Positions 1 through 11,300 of a stretch of DNA of 64,000 nt are shown here, one piece after another (position 1 is the stretch's first letter; every line of letters starts with the position of its first letter). A program made the translations under genes and the position numbers. This stretch comes from the human T2T-CHM13v2.0 reference genome, Homo sapiens. The stretch is from NCBI RefSeq assembly GCF_009914755.1, contig NC_060926.1. The stretch is one strand, 5' to 3'. The notes beneath the pieces were generated by a model. The model made no database searches and was not told the DNA's origin. It saw only the letters and a program-made list of their open reading frames with translations.

Positions 1-100
1 TTCCATTCAAGTCACAGAGTTGAACATTCCCTTTCATAGAGCAGGTTTGAAACACTTTTTTTGTAGTATCTGGATGTGGACATTTGGAGCGCTTTCAGGC

Positions 101-117
101 CTATGGTGAAAAAGGAA
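101..117 (+). other. pJalpha-type site (A-box) in non-CENP-B monomers, first of many
   Basis: CTATGGTGAAAAAGGAA lies at the position homologous to the CENP-B box in A and C monomers and is the reverse complement of the TTCCTTTTYCACCRTAG motif. Confidence 0.8.
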
Positions 118-271
118 ATATATTCCAATAAAAGCTAGATAGAAGCAATGTCAGAAACTTTTTCATGATGTATCTACTCAGCTAACAGAGTTGAACCTTT
201 CTTTTGAGAGAGCAGTTTTGAAACACTCTTTTTGTAAAATCTGCAAGAGGATATTTGGATAGTTTTGAGGA

Positions 272-288
272 TTTCGTTGGAAACGGGA
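272..288 (+). other. CENP-B box (first of roughly 188 box positions, in B and D monomers)
   Basis: TTTCGTTGGAAACGGGA matches the 17-bp YTTCGTTGGAARCGGGA consensus with all 9 essential bases (TTCG....A..CGGG). It recurs every ~337-345 bp. Confidence 0.97.
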
Positions 289-984
289 TTGTCTTCATAT
301 AAACTCTAGACAGAAGCATTCTCAGAAGCGTCATTGGGATGTTTCAATTGAAGTCACAGTGTTGAACAGTCCCTTTCATAGAGCAGGTTTGAAACACTCT
401 TTTTGTAGTATCTGGATGTGGACATTTGGAGCGCTTTCAGGCCTATGGTTTAAAAGGAAATATCTTCCCCTGAAAACTAGACAGAAGCATTCTCAGAAAC
501 TTATTTGTGATGTGCGCCTTCAACTAACAGTGTTGAAGCATTCTTTTGATAGAGCAGTTTTGAAACACTCTTTTTGTGGAATCTGCAAGTGGATATTTGT
601 CTAGCTTTGAGGATTTCGTTGGAAACGGGATTACATATAAAAAGCAGACAGCAGCATTCCCAGAAACTTCTTTGTGATGTTTGCATTCAAGTCACAGAGT
701 TGAACATTCCCTTTCAGAGAGCAGGTTTGAAACACTCTTTTTGTAGTATCTGGATGTGGACATTTGGAGCGCTTTCAGGCCTATGGTGAAAAAGGAAATA
801 TCTTCCCCTGAAAACTAGACAGAAGCATTCTCAGAATCTTATTTGTGATGTGCGCCCTCAACTAACAGTGTTGAAGCTTTCTTTTGATAGAGCAGTTTTG
901 AAACACTCTTTTTGTAAAATCTGCAAGAGGATATTTGGATAGCTTTGAGGATTTCGTTGGAAACGGGATTGTCTTCATATAAAC

Positions 985-1663
985 TCTAGAGAGAAGCATT
1001 CTCAGAAGCTTCATTGGGATGTTTCAATTGAAGTCACAGTGTTGAACAGTCCCTTTCATAGAGCAGGTTTGAAACACTCTTTTTGTAGTATCTGGAAGTG
1101 GACATTTGGAGCGCTCTCAGGACTGCGGTGAAAAAGGAAATATCTTCCAATAAAAGCTAGATAGAAGCAATGTCAGAAACTTTTTCATGATGTATCTACT
1201 CAGCTAACAGAGTTGAACCTTCCTTTGAGAGAGCAGTTTTGAAACACTCTTTTTGTGGAATCTGCAAGTGGATATTTGTCTAGCTTTGAGGATTTCGTTG
1301 GAAACGGGATTACATATAAAAAGCAGACAGCAGCATTCCCAGAAACTTCTTTGTGATGTTTGCATTCAAGTCACAGAGTTGAACATTCCCTTTCATAGAG
1401 CAGGTTTGAAACACTCTTTTTGTAGTATCTGGATGTGGACATTTGCAGCGCTTTCAGGCCTAAGGTGAAAAAGGAAATATCTTCCCCTGAAAACTAGACA
1501 GAAGCATTCTCAGAAACTTATTTGTGATGTGCGCCCTCAACTAACAGTGTTGAAGCTTTCTTTTGATAGAGCAGTTTTGAAACACTCTTTTTGTAATATC
1601 TGCAAGAGGATATTTGGATAGCTTTGAGGATTTCGTTGGAAACGGGATTGTCTTCATATAAAC
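985..1663 (+). repeat. Example of canonical 4-mer HOR (XbaI to XbaI, order C-D-A-B, 679 bp)
   Basis: TCTAGA at 985 and 1664. Monomer signatures: C = GCTTCATTGGGATGTTTCAATTG, D = CAATGTCAGAAACTTTTTCATG, A = CATTCCCAGAAACTTCTTTGTG, B = CTTATTTGTGATGTGCGCCCTC. Confidence 0.93.
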
Positions 1664-2681
1664 TCTAGACAGAAGCATTCTCAGAAGCTTCGTTGGGATG
1701 TTTCAATTGAAGTCACAGTGTTGAACAGTTCCTTTCATAGAACAGGTTTGAAACACTCTTTTTGTAGTATCTGGAAGTGGACATTTGGAGCGCTCTCAGG
1801 ACTGCGGTGAAAAAGGATATATCTTCCAATAAAAGCTAGATAGAAGCAATGTCAGAAACTTTTTCATGATGTATCTACTCAGCTAACAGAGTTGAACGTT
1901 TCTTTTGAGAGAGCAGTTTTGAAACACTCTTTTTGTGGAATCTGCAAGTGGATATTTGTCTAGCTTTGAGGATTTCGTTGGAAACGGGATTACATATAAA
2001 AAGCAGACAGCAGCATTCCCAGTAACTTCTTTGTGATGTTTGCATTCAAGTCACAGAGTTGAACATTCCCTTTCATAGAGCAGGTTTGAAACACTTTTTT
2101 TGTAGTATCTGGATGTGGACATTTGGAGCGCTTTCAGGCCTATGGTGAAAAAGGAAATATCTTCCAATAAAAGCTACATAGAAGCAATGTCAGAAACTTT
2201 TTCATGATGTATCTACTCAGCTAACAGAGTTGAACCTTTCTTTTGAGAGAGCAGTTTTGAAACACTCTTTTTGTGGAATCTGGAAGTGGATATTTGTCTA
2301 GCTTTGAGGATTTCGTTGGAAACGGGATTACATATAAAAAGCAGACAGCAGCATTCCCAGAAACTTCTTTGTGATGTTTGCATTCAAGTCACAGAGTTGA
2401 ACATTCCCTTTCAGAGAGCAGGTTTGAAACACTCTTTTTGTAGTATCTGGATGTGGACATTTGGAGCGCTTTCAGGCCTATGGTGAAAAAGGAAATATCT
2501 TCCCCTGAAAACTAGACAGAAGCATTCTCAGAATCTTATTTGTGATGTGCGCCCTCAACTAACAGTGTTGAAGCTTTCTTTTGATAGAGCAGTTTTGAAA
2601 CACTCTTTTTGTAAAATCTGCAAGAGGATATTTGGATAGCTTTGAGGATTTCGTTGGAAACGGGATTGTCTTCATATAAAC
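1664..2681 (+). repeat. 6-mer HOR variant type II (C-D-A/C-D-A-B, 1018 bp)
   Basis: XbaI sites at 1664 and 2682. An A monomer ends in the C-type tail CTTCCAATAAAAGCTACATAG at ~2161 and is followed by a second D. Confidence 0.9.
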
Positions 2682-3022
2682 TCTAGACAGAAGCATTCTC
2701 AGAAGCTTCATTGGGATGTTTCAATTGAAGTCACAGTGTTGAACAGTCCCTTTCATAGAGCAGGTTTGAAACACTCTTTTTGTAGTATCTGGAAGTGGAC
2801 ATTTGGAGCGCTCTCAGAACTACGGTGAAAAAGGAAATATCTTCCAATAAAAGCTAGATAGAAGCAATGTCAGAAACTTTTTCATGATGTATCTACTCAG
2901 CTAACAGAGTTGAACCTTCCTTTGAGAGAGCAGTTTTGAAACACTCTTTTTGTGGAATCTGCAAGTGGATATTTGTCTAGCTTTGAGGATTTCGTTGGAA
3001 ACGGGATTGTCTTCATATAAAC
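2682..3022 (+). repeat. 2-mer HOR variant (C + D/B hybrid, 341 bp); second example at 9817-10157
   Basis: XbaI sites at 2682 and 3023. The D monomer switches to the B tail GTCTTCATATAAACTCTAGA directly after the CENP-B box. Confidence 0.9.
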
Positions 3023-4381
3023 TCTAGACAGAAGCATTCTCAGAAGCTTCATTGGGATGTTTCAATTGAAGTCACAGTGTTGAACAGTTCCTTTCATAGA
3101 ACAGGTTTGAAACACTCTTTTTGTAGTATCTGGAAGTGGACATTTGGAGCGCTCTCAGGACTACGGTGAAAAAGGAAATATCTTCCAATAAAAGCTACAT
3201 AGAAGCAATGTCAGAAACTTTTTCATGATGTATCTACTCAGCTAACAGAGTTGAACCTTTCCTTTGAGAGAGCAGTTTTGAAACACTCTTTTTGTGGAAT
3301 CTGCAAGTGGATATTTGTCTAGCTTTGAGGATTTCGTTGGAAACGGGATTACATATAAAAAGCAGACAGCAGCATTCCCAGAATCTTCTTTGTGATGTTT
3401 GCATTCAAGTCACAGAGTTGAACATTCCCTTTCATAGAGCAGGTTTGAAACACTCTTTTTGTAGTATCTGGATGTGGACATTTGGAGCGCTTTCAGGCCT
3501 ATGGTGAAAAAGGAAATATCTTCCCCTGAAAACTAGACAGAAGCATTCTCAGAATCTTATTTGTGATGTGCGCCCTCAACTAACAGTGTTGAAGCTTTCT
3601 TTTGATAGAGCAGTTTTGAAACACTCTTTTTGTAAAATCTGCAAGAGGATATTTGGATAGCTTTGAGGATTTCGTTGGAAACGGGATTGTCTTCATATAA
3701 ACTCTAGACAGAAGCATTCTCAGAAGCTTCATTGGGATGTTTCAATTGAAGTCACAGTGTTGAACAGTCCCTTTCATAGAGCAGGTTTGAAACACTCTTT
3801 TTGTAGTATCTGGAAGTGGACATTTGGAACGCTCTCAGGACTGCGGTGAAAAAGGAAATATCTTCCAATAAAAGCTAGATAGAAGCAATGTCAGAAACTT
3901 TTTCATGATGTATCTACTCAGCTAACAGAGTTGAACCTTCATTTGAGAGAGCAGTTTTGAAACACTCGTTTTGTGGAATCTGCAAGTGGATATTTGTCTA
4001 GCTTTGAGGATTTCGTTGGAAACGGGATTACATATAAAAAGCAGACAGCAGCATTCCCAGAAACTTCTTTGTGATGTTTGCATTCAAGTCACAGAGTTGA
4101 ACATTCCCTTTCATAGAGCAGGTTTGAAACACTCTTTTTGTAGTATCTGGATGTGGACATTTGCAGCGCTTTCAGGCCTAAGGTGAAAAAGGAAATATCT
4201 TCCCATGAAAACTAGACAGAAGCATTCTCAGAAACTTATTTGTGATGTGCGCCCTCAACTAACAGTGTTCAAGCTTTCTTTTGATAGAGCAGTTTTGAAA
4301 CACTCTTTTTGTAATATCTGCAAGAGGATATTTGGATAGCTTTGAGGATTTCGTTGGAAACGGGTTTGTCTTCATATAAAT

Positions 4382-5399
4382 TCTAGACAGAAGCATTCTC
4401 AGAAGCTTCATTGGGATGTTTCAATTGAAGTCACAGTGTTGAACAGTTCCTTTCATAGAACAGGTTTGAAACACTCTTTTTGTAGTATCTGGAAGTGGAC
4501 ATTTGGAGCGCTCTCAGGACTATGGTGAAAAAGGAAATATCTTCCAATAAAAGCTACATAGAAGCAATGTCAGAAACTTTTTCATGATGTATCTACTCAG
4601 CTAACAGAGTTGAACCTTTCCTTTGAGAGAGCAGTTTTGAAACACTCTTTTTGTGGAATCTGCAAGTGGATATTTGTCTAGCTTTGAGGATTTCGTTGGA
4701 AACGGGATTACATATAAAAAGCAGACAGCAGCATTCCCAGTAACTTCTTTGTGATGTTTGCTTTCAAGTCACAGAGTTGAATATTCCCTTTCATAGAGCA
4801 GGTTTGAAACACTCTTTTTGTAGTATCTGGATGTGGACCTTTGGAGCGCTTTCAGGCCTATGGTGAAAAAGGAAATATCTTCCCCTGAAAACTAGACAGA
4901 AGCATTCTCAGAAACTTATTTGTGATGTGCGCCCTCAACTAACAGTGTTGAACCTTTCTTTTGATAGAGCAGTTTTGAAACACTCTTTTTGTAATATCTG
5001 CAAGAGGATATTTGGATAGCTTTGAGGATTTCGTTGGAAACGGGATTACATATAAAAAGCAGACAGCAGCATTCCCAGAAACTTCTTTGTGATGTTTGCA
5101 TTCAAGTCACAGAGTTGAACATTCCCTTTCATAGAGCAGGTTTGAAACACTCTTTTTGTAGTATCTGGATGTGGACATTTGCAGCGCTTTCAGGCCTAAG
5201 GTGAAAAAGGAAATATCTTCCCCTGAAAACTAGACAGAAGCATTCTCAGAAACTTATTTGTGATGTGCGCCCTCAACTAACAGTGTTGAACCTTTCTTTT
5301 GATAGAGCAGTTTTGAAACACTCTTTTTGTAAAATCTGCAAGAGGATATTTGGATAGCTTTGAGGATTTCGTTGGAAACGGGATTGTCTTCATATAAAC
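4382..5399 (+). repeat. 6-mer HOR variant type I (C-D-A-B/D-A-B, 1018 bp)
   Basis: XbaI sites at 4382 and 5400. The B monomer switches to the D tail ACATATAAAAAGCAGACAG after the CENP-B box at ~5048. Confidence 0.9.
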
Positions 5400-8300
5400 T
5401 CTAGACAGAAGCATTCTCAGAAGCTTCATTGGGATGTTTCAATTGAAGTCACAGTGTTGAACAGTCCCTTTCATAGAGCAGGTTTGAAACACTCTTTTTG
5501 TAGTATCTGGATGTGGACATTTGGAGCGCTTTCAGGCCTAAGGTGAAAAAGGAAATATCTTCCCCTGAAAACTAGACAGAAGCATTCTCAGAAACTTATT
5601 TGTGTTGTGCGCCCTCAACTAACAGTGTTGAAGCATTCTTTTGATAGAGCAGTTTTGAAACACTCTTTTTGTGGAATCTGCAAGTGGATATTTGTCTAGC
5701 TTTGAGGATTTCGTTGGAAACGGGATTAATTATAAAAAGCAGACAGCAGCATTCCCAGAATCTTGTTTGTGATGTTTGCATTCAAGTCACAGAGTTGAAC
5801 ATTCCCTTTCAGAGAGCAGGTTTGAAACACTCTTTTTATAGTATCTGGATGTGGACATTTGGAGCGCTTTCAGGCCTATGATGAAAAAGGAAATATCTTC
5901 TCCTGAAAACTAGACAGAAGCATTCTCAGAATCTTATTTGTGATGTGCGCCCTCAACTAACAGTGTTGAAGCTTTCTTTTGATAGAGCAGTTTTGAAACA
6001 CTCTTTTCGTAAAATCTGCAAGAGGATATTTGGATAGCTTTGAGGATTTCGTTGGAAACGGGATTGTCTTCATATAAACTCTAGACAGAAGCATTCTCAG
6101 AAGCTTCATTGGGATGTTTCAATTGAAGTCACAGTGTTGAACAGTCCCTTTCATAGAGCAGGTTTGAAACACTCTTTTTGTAGTATCTGGAAGTGGACAT
6201 TTGGAGAGATCTCAGGAATACGGTGATAAAGGTAATATCTTCCAATAGAAGCTAGATAGAAGCAATGTCAGAAACTTTTTCATGATGTATCTACTCAGCT
6301 AACAGAGTTGAACCTTTCTTTTGAGAGAGCAGTTTTGAAACACTCTTTTTGTGGAATCTGCAAGTGGATATTTGTCTAGCTTTGAGGATTTCGTTGGAAA
6401 CGGGATTACATATAAAAAGCAGACAGCAGCATTCCCAGTAACTTCTTTGTGATGTTTGCATTCAAGTCACAGAGTTGAACATTCCCTTTCATAGAGCAGG
6501 TTTGAAACACTTTTTTTGTAGTATCTGGATGTGGACATTTGGAGCGCTTTCAGGCCTATGGTGAAAAAGGAAATATCTTCCAATAAAAGCTACATAGAAG
6601 CAATGTCAGAAACTTTTTCATGATGTATCTACTCAGCTAACAGAGTTGAACCTTCCTTTGAGAGAGCAGTGTTGAAACACTCTTTTTGTGGAATCTGCAA
6701 GTGGATATTTGTCTAGCTTTGAGGATTTCGTTGGAAACGGGATTACATATAAAAAGCAGACAGCAGCATTCCCAGAAACTTCTTTGTGATGTTTGCATTC
6801 AAGTCACAGAGTTGAACATTCCCTTTCATAGAGCAGGTTTGAAACACTCTTTTTGTAGTATCTGGATGTGGACATTTGGAGCGCTTTCAGGCCTAAGGTG
6901 AAAAAGGAAATATCTTCCCCTGAAAACTAGACAGAAGCATTCTCAGAAACTTATTTGTGATGTGCGCCCTCAACTAACAGTGTTGAACCTTTCTTTTGAT
7001 ACAGCAGTTTTGAAACACTCTTTTTGTAATATCTGCAAGAGGATATTTGGATAGCTTTGAGGATTTCGTTGGAAACGGGATTGTCTTCATATAAACTCTA
7101 GACAGAAGCATTCTCAGAAGCTTCATTGGGATGTTTCAATTGAAGTCACAGTGTTGAACAGTTCCTTTCATAGAACAGGTTTGAAACACTCTTTTTGTAG
7201 TATCTGGAAGTGGACATTTGGAGCGCTCTCAGGACTAGGGTGAAAAAGGAAATATCTTCCAATAAAAGCTAGATAGAAGCAATGTCAGAAACTTTTTCAT
7301 GATGTATCTACTCAGCTAACAGAGTTGAACCTTTCCTTTGAGAGAGCAGTTTTGAAACACTCTTTTTGTGGAATCTGCAAGTGGATATTTGTCTAGCTTT
7401 GAGGATTTCGTTGGAAACGGGATTACATATAAAAAGCAGACAGCAGCATTCCCAGTAACTTCTTTGTGATGTTTGCATTCAAGTCACAGAGTTGAACATT
7501 CCCTTTCATAGAGCAGGTTTGAAACACTCTTTTTGTAGTATCTGGATGTGGACATTTGGAGCGCTTTCAGGCCTATGGTGAAAAAGGAAATATCTTCCCC
7601 TGAAAACTAGACAGAAGCATTCTCAGAAACTTATTTGTGATGTGCGCCCTCAACTAACAGTGTTGAACCTTTCTTTTGATAGAGCAGTTTTGAAACACTC
7701 TTTTTGTAATATCTGCAAGAGGATATTTGGATAGCTTTGAGGATTTCGTTGGAAACGGGATTACTTATAAAAAGCAGACAGCAGCATTCCCAGAATCTTG
7801 TTTGTGATGTTTGCATTCAAGTCACAGAGTTGAACATTCCCTTTCAGAGAGCAGGTTTGAAACACTCTTTTTATAGTGTCTGGATGTGGACATTTGGAGC
7901 GCTTTCAGGCCTATGGTGAAAAAGGAAATATCTTCTCCTGTAAACTAGACAGAAGCATTCTCAGAAACTTATTTGTGATGTGCGCCCTCAACTAACAGTG
8001 TTGAAGCTTTCTTTTGATAGAGCAGTTTTGAAACACTCTTTTTGTAAAATCTGCAAGAGGATATTTGGATAGCTTTGAGGATTTCGTTGGAAACGGGATT
8101 GTCTTCATATAAACTCTAGACAGAAGCATTCTCAGAAGCTTCATTGGGATGTTTCAATTGAAGTCACAGTGTTGAACAGTCCCTTTCATAGAGCAGGTTT
8201 GAAACACTCTTTTTGTAGTATCTGGAAGTGGACATTTGGAACGCTCTCAGGACTGCGGTGAAAAAGGAAATATCTTCCAATAAAAGCTAGATAGAAGCAA

Positions 8301-11300
8301 TGTCAGAAACTTTTTCATGATGTATCTACTCAGCTAACAGAGTTGAACCTTTCTTTTGAGAGAGCAGTTTTGAAACACTCTTTTTGTGGAATCTGCAAGT
8401 GGATATTAGTCTAGCTTTGAGGATTTCGTTGGAAACGGGATTACATATAAAAAGCAGACAGCAGCATTCCCAGTAACTTCTTTGTGATGTTTGCATTCAA
8501 GTCACAGAGTTGAACATTCCCTTTCATAGAGCAGGTTTGAAACACTTTTTTTGTAGTATCTGGATGTGGATATTTGGAGCGCTTTCAGGCCTATGGTGAA
8601 AAAGGAAATATCTTCCAATAAAAGCTACATAGAAGCAATGTCAGAAACTTTTTCATGATGTATCTACTCAGCTAACAGAGTTGAACCTTTCTTTTGAGAG
8701 AGCAGTTTTGAAACACTCTTTTTGTGTAATCTGAAAGTGGATATTTGTCTAGCTTTGAGGATTTCGTTGGAAACGGGATTACATATAAAAAGCAGACAGC
8801 AGCATTCCCAGTAACTTCTTTGTGATGTTTGCATTCAAGTCACAGAGTTGAACATTCCCTTTCATAGAGCAGGTTTGAAACACTCTTTTTGTAGTATCTG
8901 GATGTGGACATTTGGAGCGCTTTCAGGCCTATTGTGAAAAAGGAAATATCTTCCCCTGAAAACTAGACAGAAGAATTCTCAGAATCTTATTTGTGATGTG
9001 CGCCCTCAACTAACAGTGTTGAAGCTTTCTTTTGATAGAGCAGTTTTGAAACACTCTTTTTGTAAAATCTGCAAGAGGATATTTGGATAGCTTTGAGGAT
9101 TTCGTTGGAAACGGGATTGTCTTCATATAAACTCTACACAGAAGCATTCTCAGAAGCGTCATTGGGATGTTTCAATTGAAGTCACAGTGTTGAACAGTCC
9201 CTTTCATAGAGCAGGTTTGAAACACTCTTTTTGTAGTATCTGGATGTGGACATTTGGAGCGCTTTCAGGCCTATGGTTTAAAAGGAAATATCTTCCCCTG
9301 AAAACTAGACAGAAGCATTCTCAGAAACTTATTTGTGATGTGCGCCTTCAACTAACAGTGTTGAAGCATTCTTTTGATAGAGCAGTTTTGAAACACTCTT
9401 TTTGTGGAATCTGCAAGTGGATGGATATTTGTCTAGCTTTGAGGATTTCGTTGGAAACGGGATTACATATAAAAAGCAGACAGCAGCATTCCCAGAAACT
9501 TCTTTGTGATGTTTGCATTCAAGTCACAGAGTTGAACATTCCCTTTCAGAGAGCAGTTTTGAAACACTCTTTTTGTAGTATCTGGATGTGGACATTTGGA
9601 GCGCTTTCAGGCCTATGGTGAAAAAGGAAATATCTTCCCCTGAAAACTAGACAGAAGCATTCTCAGAATCTTATTTGTGATGTGCGCCCTCAACTAACAG
9701 TGTTGAAGCTTTCTTTTGATAGAGCAGTTTTGAAACACTCTTTTTGTAAAATCTGCAAGAGGATATTTGGATAGCTTTGAGGATTTCGTTGGAAACGGGA
9801 TTGTCTTCATATAAACTCTAGACAGAAGCATTCTCAGAAGCTTCATTGGGATGTTTCAATTGAAGTCACAGTGTTGAACAGTCCCTTTCATAGAGCAGGT
9901 TTGAAACACTCTTTTTGTAGTATCTGGAAGTGGACATTTGGAGCACTCTCAGGACTACGGTGAAAAAGGAAATATCTTCCAATAAAAGCTAGATAGAAGC
10001 AATGTCAGAAACTTTTTCATGATGTATCTACTCAGCTAACAGAGTTGAACCTTCCTTTGAGAGAGCAGTTTTGAAACACTCTTTTTCTGGAATCTGCAAG
10101 TGGATATTTGTCTAGCTTTGAGGATTTCGTTGGAAACGGGATTGTCTTCATATAAACTCTAGACAGAAGCATTCTCAGAAGCTTCATTGGGATGTTTCAA
10201 TTGAAGTCACAGTGTTGAACAGTTCCTTTCATAGAACAGGTTTGAAACACTCTTTTTGTAGTATCTGGAAGTGGACATTTGGAGCGCTCTCAGGACTATG
10301 GTGAAAAAGGAAATATCTTCCAATAAAAGCTACATAGAAGCAATGTCAGAAACTTTTTCATGATGTATCTACTCAGCTAACAGAGTTGAAACTTTCCTTT
10401 GAGAGAGCAGTTTTGAAACACTCTTTTTGTGGAATCTGCAAGTGGATATTTGTCTAGCTTTGAGGATTTCGTTGGAAACGGGATTACATATAAAAAGCAG
10501 ACAGCAGCATTCCCAGTAACTTCTTTGTGATGTTTGCATTCAAGTCACAGAGTTGAACATTCCCTTTCATAGAGCAGGTTTGAAACACTCTTTTTGTAGT
10601 ATCTGGATGTGGACATTTGGAGCGCTTTCAGGCCTATGGTGAAAAAGGATATATCTTCCCCTGAAAACTAGACAGAAGCATTCTCAGAAACTTATTTGTG
10701 ATGTGCGCCCTCAACTAACAGTGTTGAACCTTTCTTTTGATAGAGCAGTTTTGAAACACTCTTTTTGTAATATCTGCAAGAGGATATTTGGATAGCTTTG
10801 AGGATTTCGTTGGAAACGGGATTACATATAAAAAGCAGACAGCAGCATTCCCAGAATCTTGTTTGTGATGTTTGCATTCAAGTCACAGAGTTGAACATTC
10901 CCTTTCAGAGAGCAGGTTTGAAACACTCTTTTTATAGTATCTGGATGTGGACATTTGGAGCGCTTTCAGGCCTATGGTGAAAAAGGAAATATCTTCTCCT
11001 GTAAACTAGACAGAAGCATTCTCAGAATCTTATTTGTGATGTGCGCCCTCAACTAACAGTGTTGAAGCTTTCTTTTGATAGAGCAGTTTTGAAACACTCT
11101 TTTCGTAAAATCTGCAAGAGGATATTTGGATAGCTTTGAGGATTTCGTTGGAAACGGGATTGTCTTCATATAAACTCTAGACAGAAGCATTCTCAGAAGC
11201 TTCATTGGGATGTTTCAATTGAAGTCACAGTGTTGAACAGTCCCTTTCATAGAGCAGGTTTGAAACACTCTTTTTGTAGTATCTGGAAGTGGACATTTGG

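Noticed and set aside
127-132. Recurrent AATAAA and TATAAA motifs
   Set aside because: They are fixed parts of the monomer tails, with no sequence evidence of polyadenylation or promoter function.
1688-1704. CTTCGTTGGGATG variant in C monomers resembling an extra CENP-B box (also ~14258, 18329, 21383 and later copies)
   Set aside because: It has only the TTCG half-site and lacks the essential A10 and CGGG.
9187-9621. Longest ORF, 144 aa
   Set aside because: It arises from a 4-bp TGGA duplication fusing two satellite frames and is not a gene.
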